Positions 1 to 35,538 of a DNA stretch of 64,000 nt are shown here, piece by piece. The stretch is from the human T2T-CHM13v2.0 reference genome, Homo sapiens: assembly GCF_009914755.1 (NCBI RefSeq), contig NC_060933.1; one strand, written 5' to 3'. The number at the start of each line of letters is the position of its first letter. Position 1 is the first letter of the stretch. Under the pieces are notes generated by a model. The model searched no databases, had not been told where the DNA came from, and worked only from the letters and a program-made list of their open reading frames with translations. The position numbers and the translations under genes were made by a program.

Positions 1-1237
<1,237 letters not shown>

Positions 1238-1366
1238 TGAGCAGCTCTGTTCTGAAGGGAGACACACACCTGTTTGGGGGGCCGGAGGGCTGGGGGCATT
1301 GGGGTATTGGTGCAAACTTGTGCAGAGATTTATCTGCTCTGTGCATGGAGAGAGCCTAGAAGCAGT

Positions 1367-1485
1367 GAGACCTCGGGAGCGGCGAGACCTCGGGGGCGGC
1401 GAGACATCGGGGGCGGCGTGACCTCGGGGGCGGCGGGACCTCGGGGGCGGTGGGACCTCGGGGGCAGCGAGACCTCGGGAGCAGT
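1367..1485. repeat. CpG-rich minisatellite, 7 x 17 bp (GAGACCTCGGGGGCGGC)
   Basis: Units at 1367, 1384, 1401, 1418, 1435, 1452 and 1469. Confidence 0.9.
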
Positions 1486-1547
1486 GTGCAGACCAGAGCT
1501 CAGATTCTGGTCCCAAAGCCCATCTTCCCTAAAAGGAACCAGGGTTC

Positions 1548-2513
<966 letters not shown>

Positions 2514-2610
2514 AGGCTCCTTGGAGAGAGGCTGATTCCAGGTGTGGGGCAGGGAAGGCAGGGACGCACTCAAAACACATCAGGAGCTGGTTACGAAGAC
2601 ACAGAAGCCG

Positions 2611-2655
2611 TGCTGGAGGGGCGCCTGCTGGAGGGGCGCCTGCTGGAGGGGCACC
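2611..2655. repeat. Tandem repeat, 3 x 15 bp (TGCTGGAGGGGCGCC)
   Basis: Directly visible. Confidence 0.85.
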
Positions 2656-2767
2656 GCTGGCTGGACCTCAGGCCATCTGAGCATAAGACAACAGTGGATT
2701 GTGCGTTATGAATGGTTAACGTGATAAATGTTACATAGATTTTACCACCATCAAAAAATTTTAAAAG

Positions 2768-3050
2768 AGCCAGATGCAGTGGCTCACCCCTGTAATCCCA
2801 ACACTCTGGGAGGCTGAAGTGGGAGAATCCCTTGAGCTCAGGAGTTGAAGACCAGCCTGGGCAATATAGCAAGACCCTATCTATACAAAAATAAAAATAA
2901 AAATTAGTCGTGTGTGGTGGCACATGCCTGTAAGGAGGCTGAGGCAGGAGGATCACTTGAGCCCAGGAGTTGGAGGCTGCAGTGAGCTATGATTGCACCA
3001 CCACACTCCAGCCTGGGTGACAGAGCAAGACCCTGTCTCAAAATAAGTAA
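2768..3050 (+). mobile_element. Alu (AluJ-like)
   Basis: ggaggatcacttgagcccaggag block, diverged from consensus. Confidence 0.85.
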
Positions 3051-3330
3051 TTAAAAGATGACAGTAATGCATGTTAACACATTAATTTTTTTAAACCTGC
3101 AAGTCTGTACTGATAGATTTTTTAAAGTGGAGGGGCCCTTGGTGAGAGAGAAATGCCAGCCAGTAGATGCAGAAATGGAATAGAGGCAGGAAATGGCCAT
3201 TTTGCAGCTGCTGGCCCTGGGTGACGGGGGTCGGGGGGCGCGGCCACGCAGCACCCAGATTGCGTTCCCACATCTAAGGGAGGGAGAACTGGGCCTCAAC
3301 CAGGCGGCCACATTCAGCATCACCTGCTGA

Positions 3331-4173
<843 letters not shown>

Positions 4174-4213
4174 GATCCTGGTTTTTTGGAAAAACTCTAA
4201 AGAGCATGCCTAG

Positions 4214-5940
4214 GGCCGGGTGCAGTGGCTCACATCTGTCATCCCAGCACTTTGGGAGGCCGAGGCTGGGAGATCACCTGAGGTTGGGAGTTCGAGACCA
4301 GCCTGGCCAACATGGTGAAACCCCCATCTCTACTAAAAATACAAAAATTGGTCAGGCACGGTGGCTCACGCCTGCAATCTCAACACTTTGAGAGGCCGAG
4401 GCTAGGCGATCACCTGAGGTCAGGAGTTCAAGACCAGCCTGGCCAACATGGTGAAACCCCATCTCTACTAAAAATACAAAAATTGGCTGGGCATGGTGGC
4501 ACACATCTGTAATCCCAACACTTTGAGAGGCCAAGGCTGGGTGATCACCTGAGGTCAGGAGTTCGAGACTGTGGGCGGCAAGCTACCCAGGCACCAAGGC
4601 AAGAGACCGAGGACATGAGCTGTTCCAGTATAATAAAATATAAAACAAGAATAGTTATACCAGATATAGAACTTAGATATGATTATATATGAATATCATT
4701 AATCATTAGTTTGTAGCAATTACTTTTTATTCCAATATTATAATAATCCTCGCTCTATAATCATAGCCTAGGAAAAACCAGGCCATACAGAGATAGGAGC
4801 TGAGGGGACATAGTGAGGTGTGACCGGAAGACAAGAGTGCGAGCCTTCTGTTATGCCCGGACAGGGCCACCAGAGGGCTCCTTGGTCTAGCGGTGACGCC
4901 AGCGTCTGGGAAGACGCCCGTTGCCAGGCGGACCGTGGTCCAGCGGTAGCAAAAGGTGTCAAGGAACAACACCCGCTACTTAGCAGACCAGGAAAGGGAG
5001 TCTCCCTGTCCCCGGGGGAGTTTAGAGAAGACTCTGCTCCACCTCTTGTGGAGGGCCTGACATCAGTCAGACCTGCCCGCAGTTATCCGGAGGCCTAACC
5101 GTCTCCTGTGATGCTGTGCTTCAGTGGTCACGCTCCTAGTCCGCCTTCATGTTCCATCCTGTACACCTGGCTCTGCCTTCTAGATAGCAGTAGTCAATTA
5201 GTGAAAATACTAATAGTCCCTGATATGCAGAAACAATGGCATAAGCTGTCTTTCTCTCTGTCTCTTCTCTCTCTGCCTTGGCTGCCAGGCAGGGAAGGGC
5301 CCCCGTCCAGTGGACATGTGACCCACGTGACCTTACCTATCATTGGAGATGGCTCACACTCCTTATCCTGCCCCTTCTGCCTTGTATCCAATAAATAACA
5401 GTGCAGCCAGACATTCGGGGCCACTACTGGTCTCCACGCATTGGTGTTAGTGGTCCCCCGGGCCCAGCTGTCTTTTATCTCTTTGTCTTGTGTCTTTATT
5501 TCTACACTGTCTCGTCACCGCACATGGGGAGAGACCCACCGACCCTGTGGGGCTGGTCCCTACACGAGACCAACCTGGCCAACATGGTGAAACCCCATCT
5601 CTACTAAAAATACAAAAATTGGCCAGGCGCGGTGGTTCACACCTGTCATCCCAGCACTTTGGAAGGCTGAGGCTGGGGCAATCACCTGAGGTCAGGAGTT
5701 AGAGACCAGCCTGGCCAACATGGTGAAACCTCATCTCTACTAAAAACACACACACACACACAAAAATCAGCCGGGCATGGTGATGCGCGCCTGTAGTCCT
5801 AGCTACGCAGGAGGCTGAGGCAGGAGAATGGTGTGAACCCGGGAGGCGGAGCTTGCAGTGAGCCGAGATTGTGCCCCACTCCAGCCTGGGCAAGAGAGTG
5901 AGACTCCGTCTCCTCAAACAAATAATAATAAAAAATAAAA
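4214..5940 (+). mobile_element. Compound Alu: four tandem left arms and one right arm, interrupted by the LTR
   Basis: Left arms start at 4214, 4350, 4485 and 5621; right arm about 5770-5940; flanked by aagagcatgcctag and aagggcatgcctgg. Confidence 0.85.
4570..5564 (+). mobile_element. Solo ERVK-class LTR (LTR13-like), 995 bp
   Basis: TG...CA termini (TGTGGGCGGCAAGC ... GGTCCCTACA), perfect 6-bp target-site duplication CGAGAC at 4564-4569 and 5565-5570, internal AATAAA at about 5390; inserted into an Alu left arm. Confidence 0.88.
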
Positions 5941-6188
5941 AAGGGCATGCCTGGGCCACCGGGGCCCTGAAAAGCCTTGCTGTACCCCTTGTTAACTCTG
6001 GGCTACCCTGGCGGCTCTTGGGGGAAGGAGGCTGCAGGGCCGGGGCTGGCAGGTCACAGCTGCTTGCTTTCACATGGGGCAGCACAAAAGTGGGTAGAGC
6101 GACGGTGCGTGTGGCAAGATTTCACAGGCGCATCGGCTGAAGATGCGGCGTGCGCTCTGCTATTCTCGCAACTTTCCTGAAAGTTTAA

Positions 6189-6503
<315 letters not shown>

Positions 6504-7659
6504 TGAGGAAGATGCTGGGGGGTGTGTTTGCTTTCAATGCTGCATTACACATCATGAAAATGAAACCTCTAGGGACGATGCCCCCGTGAACTGTGTCAGT
6601 CTGTGGGCGGCTGTCCAGGTCCAGCCTGGCCTGGTCCTGCGCGCAGGGTCTCCCTGGGCCTCGGCTGGGCCGTGTTCCTTTCTCGACCTCTTTCTGCCAT
6701 GATTCAGCCCCTACAGTTGCAGGACGGAGGCTGCTGCGGCCTCCTGCCTTCTGGCGGCTCCCCCACGCATTTCCCTTGGCCGACCACCAAACCCACACCA
6801 GCCCCTCCAGTGAGCCACTGTTCCTCTCGGTTCTTCCAGAGTGAACCGCCCCCAGGGCCCAGGACAGCTTCACCCCAGTGACCCAGCCTCTCAGGGACTC
6901 CAGCATGGTCATCCCACTGCCTCTCAGGTGGTCACAGTGAGTGCCTCATAGGAACCCAAGTGGATGTGTTGGCCCAGCCCACCCAGTGCCCTCAAGCCCA
7001 TGGGCCCCTCCCCTGTTGTCCCCCATGTGGCACCAGCCCTCAGTGAGTCCACCCTCTACCCTCCTGAGGAGCCTTGAAACGGCCTAAGGCAAGAGTCTGA
7101 ACTTGGCCCAGATCACGGGGCGTGAGCTCTGGGGGCCATTCATGCCCCTCCCCCATCTCCTGCCCACAGTGTGCCAGGCTCCACCGCTGATGAGCCTCAA
7201 AGCTTCCAGGTCCTGCCTCCCTGGGGCCTTGGCCTGTGCCCTGCCCTCTGGCTGGGATGCCCTTCCCTTAAGGAATCTTCACAGACTTCGGTCTCCTCCT
7301 GGAGGTCGCCTCTTCCTGGAAGCCCTCGCTGTCCCTTCCATGACACGGAGACAGCCTAGCCCAGGCTGCTGCAGGCCCCACGTGGGCAGCAAGGGGTGAA
7401 GGAGGCTTAGAGAGGGCAGGTGGACGGGAAGATGAAGGCTAAGGGGAAGGGGGCCGGGAGCAACCCCTGAGGGTGGGATGAGGGGGACAGTGAACCATGG
7501 TGAACCACCCTGCCTCAGTTTCCCTCCTCCAGACCGACCCAGCCACCCCCTGCCAGCACCTGTGCCTGAGGGGCAGGGCCTTCTGGAGCGCTAACCCACC
7601 TGATGCGCCCATCCTCCCCACCCTTCCCAACCCACACACGCAGACCCGCAGACATTTTG

Positions 7660-7669
7660 TTTATTTATT
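7660..7669 (-). terminator. ABCA2 polyadenylation signal (two overlapping AATAAA)
   Basis: Plus strand tttatttatt about 680 nt past the ABCA2 stop; GT-rich sequence follows on the minus strand. Confidence 0.85.
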
Positions 7670-8285
7670 TAAAACAAACATCTGTGCGCTATGTACAGGC
7701 CCGGCTCCCAGGGAGGTGGGCGGGCAGGGGGCCAAGCTGGGTGGGAGAGCGATGGCAGCTGGGGGTTGGGGGGGGTCTGGCCCCTTGCCTGGCCAGCAGG
7801 GTCAGCTTCTCCATTCCTGCCACCTGCCAGCTGGCCCAAGCTGATGGCTTCCCGCGGGACAGCCACCTCCCTGCAGGAGAGCAGGGCCAGAGGAGCCTCT
7901 TCTCAAAGCAAAATAAATACGGGACTGACCCAGCTCCGCCCACAGCCCGCTCTCGGCATCAGCCTTCATCGTAAGAGAGAAAAGCTGGTTCCGAGGCCGG
8001 GCAGGAGAAAGGCCAGCAGTGCCTGGTCCAGCCGGCGTCGCCTTGGGCGGTGAGCAGTGCCAGGCAGGGGCGAGGGGCCGGGCAGACCCCGAGGCTTTAA
8101 GGCAAAGCAGGGCAAGGGTGTACGCAGCCCGGGCCGGGTCAGCCTTTGGCACAATTAGGGGCGGCAACCGCAGTGACCGCAGGGCATGGCCGAGTACAGG
8201 GGCTGGAGGACCAGAAGCCCCTTGGTCCTGAACCTCCACTCCAGGCCCTGGCAGGCACTGGGGGACTTCTGTCCCCATTGTTGAG

Positions 8286-8345
8286 TCCCTGGCCCAGCTC
8301 TGGGTGGTCAGTGGAGCGTGTCCTCCCTGGCCCAGCTCTGGGTGG

Positions 8346-8361
<16 letters not shown>
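8286..8361. repeat. Tandem duplication, 2 x 38 bp, spanning the ABCA2 stop codon
   Basis: tccctggcccagctctgggtggtcag-tggagcgtgtcc and -cagagcgtgtcc; two mismatches. Confidence 0.9.
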
Positions 8362-28575
<20,214 letters not shown>

Positions 28576-29151
28576 GGCGGGGCCACGCTCCGCCGCCTCA
28601 GCGCCGCGGCCCGCTCCTCTGCGCGCCCCGCCGGGCCCCGCAGCCCGCCGCGCCGCTGGGCATCGCCCGCGCGGGGGCGGGGCGCTCGGGCGTCCGGGAC
28701 CCGATCCGCGCTGGCTCCGCCCCGGCGGCCGCGGCGACAGCGACTCTGCCCGCGCCCCGCCCGCCCCCGCTTAAAGGCGCCGCGCTCCGTCCGCGCCCGC
28801 CAGGAGGCGCCCGCCGCCCGCGCCGCGCCCGGGACCGACCCGGGCCCGAGACCCTGCGCGCGCCGCCGCCGGGAAGCCTCCGGGCCGCCCCTCGCCGGGC
28901 GTCACGCGACGCGCCCACATCGAATCCGAGACCCCGGCTTAGCCTTCGTAGGCCGGGGGACCCTCGGGCGCTGCGCTCTTCTCCCAGAGGCATCCGGCTG
29001 CGCCCACCGCGCTGGCGACTCTGCAGAGGCGCCCCAAGCCTTCACTGTCCCCGGGGCGCGCCGAGCGGACGCTGGCGAGGGGCCAGCTCACCCCCGTAAG
29101 GGTCTCCTGTGTGCTTTGTAAACCAGCACTTGGAGTCCAGGTGGTGCCCAC

Positions 29152-29307
29152 CTGGAAGGGAGGCAGGGCGGCCAGGTGGGTCCGTCCCGCGATTCCGAGC
29201 AGCCAGCGGAAGGGGGGAAACTCGAGGCCCCAGGAACGCTCGCCGTGAGCGGAGCAGGCAGGGGACCGAGGCGGCCCCTGCTGCACGCGGCTCGTTTTTC
29301 TCCCCAT
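29152..29307 (-). CDS. ABCA2: ABCA2 alternative first coding exon 1B (52 aa, MGRKTSRVQQ...ALPPFQ)
   Basis: ATG at 29307, 52 open codons ending CAG|GTGGGC in phase 0, the same phase as exon 1A, so it joins exon 2 (WVLAFEIF) in frame; agrees with the recalled ABCA2 1B isoform. Confidence 0.85.
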
Positions 29308-30104
29308 ATTCGGGCGAGTCTGGTCTCTGCACAGGGAGTTCGGGATCAGGCGGTTCTGCGGCTGTGGCTTGGCACCTGCTGGGGCGCCCCGGGAGGTGGG
29401 GCAGTTCCTCCGCGTGGCCTGTAGAGAGCGACAGAGGACAGGCTGACCCCATGGGTGGCTCTGACGGCGCTTCCCAGACTCAGTTTCCCCCCTGTGAATG
29501 GGGTGGAGTAGCGCTGTGTGGTGTCCAGTGTCAGGGCGCACATAGAAGGCGCATCCTCAAGTGAATGAAGACCTCCGAGGCCACAGCTCCCCACTCCTCC
29601 CAGCTCCTTTGCAGCAGGAAGGTGACCCTGGGCTAGTGAGTGAGGGATCAGCTTCCCACCCCAGCCCGCAGCCTCAAGGCACTTGCTTTTCTCTGCTCAG
29701 TCCACAGGGCTGGGTCAGGGCAGGAAGCTACCAGCAGGTCTTTCCCACAAGCCACAGCCATGGGTGAGGGGGGCTTCCTGCCCTCAACCTGCCCACCCCT
29801 ACCTGGGGTAGGGACAAGCCCTGTGCCCCAGCCCCGGGGGCTTAGCCTGTTGGGGCCCTGGTCAGCACCACCCGTGGGTTGGCCTCTCTCCTCCTCGCCC
29901 CACTCTCCACCGTCCACTACAGGGGCTCCCTGGCTGCAGCCGCATCCCCAGTGCCTCCCCAGCACTGGCCACCAGAGGGAGCTACAAGGCACAGGTCAGA
30001 CCCTGTCACCCCAGACACCCTCCAGCCTGCGGGCCTGGGAGATGGGCGATTTCAGCCTGGCCAGGCCTCTGACGTCCGTTCCCTACTCTTCCCCAACCTT
30101 GGCC

Positions 30105-30350
30105 TGTTTTGGTTTTTGTTTTGAGACAGGGTCTCATTCTGTTGCCCAGGCTGGAGTGCTGTGGTGTGATCACGGCTCACTGAAGCTTCAACCTCCTGGG
30201 CTCAAGCCATCCTCTCACCTCAGTATCCCAAGTAGCTGAGACCACAAGCGTGAGCCACCACGCCCTGCTAATTCTTGTATTTTTGGTAGAGATGAGATTT
30301 CACTACACTGCCCAGGCTGGTCTCGAACTCCTGGGCTCATCGCCTTGGCC
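30105..30350 (-). mobile_element. Alu (old, truncated) between the FUT7 3' end and ABCA2 exon 1B
   Basis: Alu consensus blocks. Confidence 0.85.
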
Positions 30351-30621
30351 TTTTGGGGGACACAGAAGGCTCTCTGATAAGGGGCCGTCTGGCGGAGGCT
30401 GTAGGAACTGGGGTAGCCAGTGGGCAGCCCGGCACAGGGAGGGCTCTCAGGCGGAGGGTGAGCAAAGGCCCAGAAGTCAGGCGACAGGACCCCCCGTGGG
30501 GAACAAGCAGCCCCATGGCCGTGGGGGCGACATGTCAGGGGAGGGCAGATGCAGGCTCTGTGGCCCTGCACGGAGGTGACCCATGAGACACTGGCCAGAC
30601 CCACGAGGCACTGCTCAGATG

Positions 30622-30627
30622 TTTATT
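30622..30627 (-). terminator. FUT7 polyadenylation signal AATAAA
   Basis: Plus strand tttatt about 520 nt past the FUT7 stop. Confidence 0.75.
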
Positions 30628-31144
30628 GTCCACCGCCCTCCCTCCCTGAGCCCAGAACAAGCTGGTTTGCTCCCCGTGGTCTCCTGGGCCCCGCCCCAGC
30701 CTACACACAGGGACCTCAGAACTATGGACGTGGCAGGGACCCGTGCCTGTGTCTCGGGGACCACAGGGCCTCTGCTACCGAGGAAGCTCGGGGTCCCAGG
30801 TTTGGCCCCCACAAACTTCAGGCTGGGGTGCCCCCCAGCCCCAAGGGCCCTGCCTTTCACCCTCTTCCAGCCAGGCCTTCACCCACCCAAGATTTGTTCA
30901 GGGTGGGGAGGGTCCTCGGCAGCCTTTCCCCTCCCGTCTGCCGCAGCAGGCACCCGTTACCTCCCTCCCACTCTCACCTCCTCTGCATGCTCCAGTGCCC
31001 ACCTGCACCCCCCACCCCTGCTTCCTGACCTCTGTGCCCAGCCTCCCGTTAGCCCGCTGCTTGCCGGTAAGGGCCGGATGCCTGGTGGTTTGATTTCGAC
31101 ACCCAGCCCTTCCACCCACACCCACCTCCCCCGGCCAGCGGATC

Positions 31145-32426
31145 TCAGGCCTGAAACCAACCCTCAAGGTCCTCATAGACTTGGCTGCGGGGTAGGTGTG
31201 GGTAGCGGTCACAGATGGCACAGAAACGTTCCCGCCAGTCGGTGAACAGTCGCACGCGGAGCCTGTCACGCCAGGCAAAGAAGCGTTGGTATCGGCTCTC
31301 ATTCATGCCAGTGAGGAAAGCCGCCAGCTCTCGGGCTGAGCCAAAGTCATCCACATGCACGAAGGCGTCAGCCGGCACGAAGGCCTCATAGGTGGCCCGT
31401 GGGGGCCCCAGCACCACTGGCACAGTGCCAGCCACCAGTGCGTTGCGCCAGAATTTCTCCGTAATGTAGTCGCGGTGCTGAGAGTTCTCAAAGGACAGGT
31501 AGAAGCGGTACTGGGCCACGGTGGGCACCAGGCAGCTGGCGCACAGTGGCCGTCCATTGGCACGGCCAAAGACATCCACCCGCAGATGAGGCGCCAGCTG
31601 CCGGTACAGCCTGGCACGCAGCTGCCGCTCCTGGAAGTTGCTGACCACCCAGGCGGCCACCCTGCTCTTGGCTGGCAGCGGTGGCGAGGGCCCCCAGTGG
31701 GGCTCCAGGCGGCCATAGGGCACAAAGATGTCCGAGTCGCGCCGGTAGCTCAGCACCCAGTTGAAGATGCCTCGGAGGTGGCTGAGGCCGTGGGTGTGGC
31801 TAGGAGACTCCATGGAGGCCCACACCCAGGGCTGCCCTCGCGGCCGCTGGGCCAGGGGCAGGTGGGACCGCCGGGTCTGCAGCTCGCGGTGGTGGAAGAC
31901 CACGGCGTCGGCGCTGGCCAGCAGGCTTCGGTTGGCACTCAGGTGGCAGCGGGCGATGCCGTAGCGGGTGCAGGTGTCGCTGGGCAGCTCTGGGGGCTGG
32001 TCAGTGAAGGGCCAGTGCCAGACAAGGATGGTGATCGTGGGCTGGGGTGCCGGGGTACCCCGAGGGGCTGACCCCAGCAGCCACAGGAGCCAGAGGGCAG
32101 CGAGCAGAGCCACCCCGGCCAGGACCCCCAAGCCTCGCAGCCTCCGGGTGGGGCCGTGCCCTGCAGCAGCACGAGGGAGGGGAGGCTCTGTCACTTGGGC
32201 TCAGGGACATCCACACGCCCCACTCAGCGCCAACCCCGTCCTCCCCTCCCATGGGCTCAGGGACACCCACATGCCCCACTCAGCGCCACCCCCGTCCTCC
32301 CCTCCCATGGGCTCAGGGACACCGACATGCCCCACTCAGCGCCACCCCCGTCCTCCCCTCCCAGGTTGCCTAGCTGTCCCCAGCTTGGGCCTCCCCGAGG
32401 GCCAGACACTCACCAGCATTATTCAT
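31145..32426 (-). CDS. FUT7: alpha-(1,3)-fucosyltransferase 7 (GT10 family), 342 aa
   Basis: Exons 32414-32426 (ATG AAT AAT GCT G|gt) and 31145-32160; 1029 nt. Type II TM segment, VVFHHRE, WASMESPS and the alpha-1,3-FucT motif YRFYLSFENSQHRDYITEKFWRNAL. Confidence 0.97.
32196..32363. repeat. Tandem repeat, 3 x 56 bp, FUT7 intron
   Basis: Units starting tgggctcagggaca at 32196, 32252 and 32308. Confidence 0.92.
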
Positions 32427-33676
32427 CCACAGTCTCCCAGGATCAGTCAGCCAAGAGACCCGAGATTCTCAAATCACGGCAGCCGCCAGAGGTGCCCCTG
32501 AAATCACAGCTACGCCCTAGCTCAGCCCCGCCTGGAACTGTGCTCCTTTTATCTCTGCCCAAGGTGAGGGAACTCAGGGGACCTTCCTGCTCCTGCCCCG
32601 CCCCTGCCCCCACAACCTTTGGCATCAACCACTGTCCCCACCCCCATCTCGGGGACTTGCTAGTCCTGGGGCTGCTGGGAGGGGTACAGCCACAAGAGGG
32701 ATGCCAAGCCAGGGCAATATGACGCCCCCACAGCCCACCCCACTGGTCTCCAGAGAGGCCCAGAGATGTCCAGCTGGGCAGGCAGAGGACAGAGAGGCTC
32801 GGGCAGGCTTGGCCCAGGGCAGAGAAGGCCCAGGTGCAGGCACCCTGAGCACAGATGGCCCCCCAGCCCCCACCCAGCTACCCAGGCCTGGGCGCTGCAG
32901 ACAGCGAGTGCACTTCCCCAGAGGGCCAGGTGGCTCCTCCCACGGCAGTATCACCCACTTCCCCCAGCTCACCACCAGCTGGGCCCTGGTCTCCCAGGAG
33001 AATCTTACACATTGAAGATGTACTGTGCTCAGCTCTTTGCCGGAAGCTAAAGCTCCCAATTGGGCCATCCCACCCCACTCTGCCACCTCTGCCATCTAGG
33101 AACCCAGATGCCCGGAGAGGAGGTCTGTCCTGGGGCCCTTAGTGTCTTCCCACAGGAGCCCAGCGCGTGCCTGCAAGGGCCTGGTCCCGGAATGAACTGT
33201 GGATGGAGGCTGCTTTGTCCTTTTCCCCGTCCAGATCCATGCCCATAGACACCGCTGACTATAGGCTGGGCCCAGGGTCCCTTCCTCCAGCCTGCAGCAG
33301 AGGGGCTTTCCAGGCTGGAAAGGGAAGGAGTCCTTTTGTCCCTGACGCAAGCGGGTTGGGGGCCAGCACCCGCTCCAGGAAGAGGAAGGGATCCAGCCTG
33401 AAGTCCAGACTCCCCGCTCCCTCTAAGCCAGGGCCTGGAGCCTGGAGGCCAGGTTCCTTCTTCTACACCAGCCCACGTTGGGTGCCAGCCAGGCTGGGAT
33501 GGCCCTGCGGGGTCACCCTGAGCCCCAGCCAACCAACACCCCACTCTCAGCCACAGTGGGAGGCCCCATCAGCCTCTTCACCCAACCACGTTGCCACTCT
33601 GCTGCACGGGACCTTGTGTGGTCCCAGGCGTGGCCAGACCCAGACGTCCTGGAGATCTCAATGCAGGTCAGGCTTG

Positions 33677-34335
<659 letters not shown>

Positions 34336-34702
34336 GCTGGGAATGAGGACGCGTCTGTCCTGTCAGGTCTTTTGGGGGCTCAGATCGTGTGTCCTGGGAG
34401 GAATGGCAACCATGAACTGTTGTCCAGACCTTTGCCCCAGCACCCTCAGAGGGGGCCTGCCTCCCACCACCCCTGTCCCTGTCCTGTTCTACTTTTGGGC
34501 CCCAGGGGCTGCTGGCCTCTCCCCGGCCCCACAGTGAGGACAAGGCTGCCTTGGGAGGGGAACCAGGCAGCTGGAGACTGAAGTGGGAGGATCCCACTGT
34601 GGGGACAGAGGCAAGACTGGGACAGGGTGGTAGTCAGAGGCCCCCACCCCTGTGGCGCAGTGTAGCCTCTGAGCTGAGCTTTGCTGCGGAACTTGTGCAA
34701 CG

Positions 34703-35538
34703 GCTGGAGGGAGGGGGGCTGGAGGGAGGGGGACTTGGAGGGAGGGGGCTTGGGAGGGGGGCTGGAGAGAGGGGGGTTTGGAGGGAGGGGGGCTGGAGGG
34801 AGGGGGCTTGGAGGGAGGGGGTTTGGGGAGGCTAAAGGGAGGGGAACTTGGAAGGAGGGGGGTTTGGAGGGAGAGGGGTTTGGAGGGAGGGTGGCTTGGA
34901 GGGAGGGGGGTTTGGAGGGAGGGGGCTTGGAGAGAGGGGGGTTTGGAGGGAGGGGGCTGGAGGGAGGGGAGCTTGGAGGGGAGCTTGGAGGGGGTTCGGA
35001 GGGGGGGCTTGGAGGGAGGGGAGTTTGGAGGGAGGGGAGCTTGGAGGGAGGGGGGTTTAGAGGGAGGGAGCTGGAGGGAGGGGAGCTTGGAGGGGAGCTT
35101 GGAGGGAGGGGGTTCGGAGGGGGGACTTGGAGGGAGGGGGCTTGGAGGGAGGGGGGCTTGGAGGGAGGGGGGCTTGGAGGGAGGGGAGTTTGGAGGGAGG
35201 GGGCTGGAGGGAGGGGAGCTTGGTGGGGAGCTTGGAGGGAGGGGAGCTTGGAAGGAGGGGGGTTTGGAGGGAGGGGGTTTGGAGGGAGGGCGGCTTGGAG
35301 GGAGGGGGGTTTGGAGGGGGGGGCTTGGAGAGGGGGGTTTGGAAGGAGGGGACGAGGGAGGGGAGCTTGGAGGGGAGCTTGGAGGGAGGGGGTTCGGAGT
35401 GGGGGCTTGGAGGGAGGGGGCTTGGAGGGAGGGGGCTTGGAGGGAGGGGGGCTTGGAGGGAGGGGGTTTGGAGGGAGGGGGCTGGAGGGAGGGGAGCTTG
35501 GAGGGGAGCTTGGAGGGAGGGGGGTTTGGAGGGAGGGG
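34703..35538. repeat. G/purine-rich minisatellite (GGAGGGAGGGGG-CTT/GTTT variants, units about 12-17 bp)
   Basis: About 835 bp of near-continuous G-runs on the plus strand. Confidence 0.95.

Noticed and set aside
31145-32194. 349-aa single-exon FUT7 ORF from the ORF track
   Set aside because: Its start is an intronic GTG; the ATG in the 13-nt exon at 32414-32426 gives the expected 342-aa protein.
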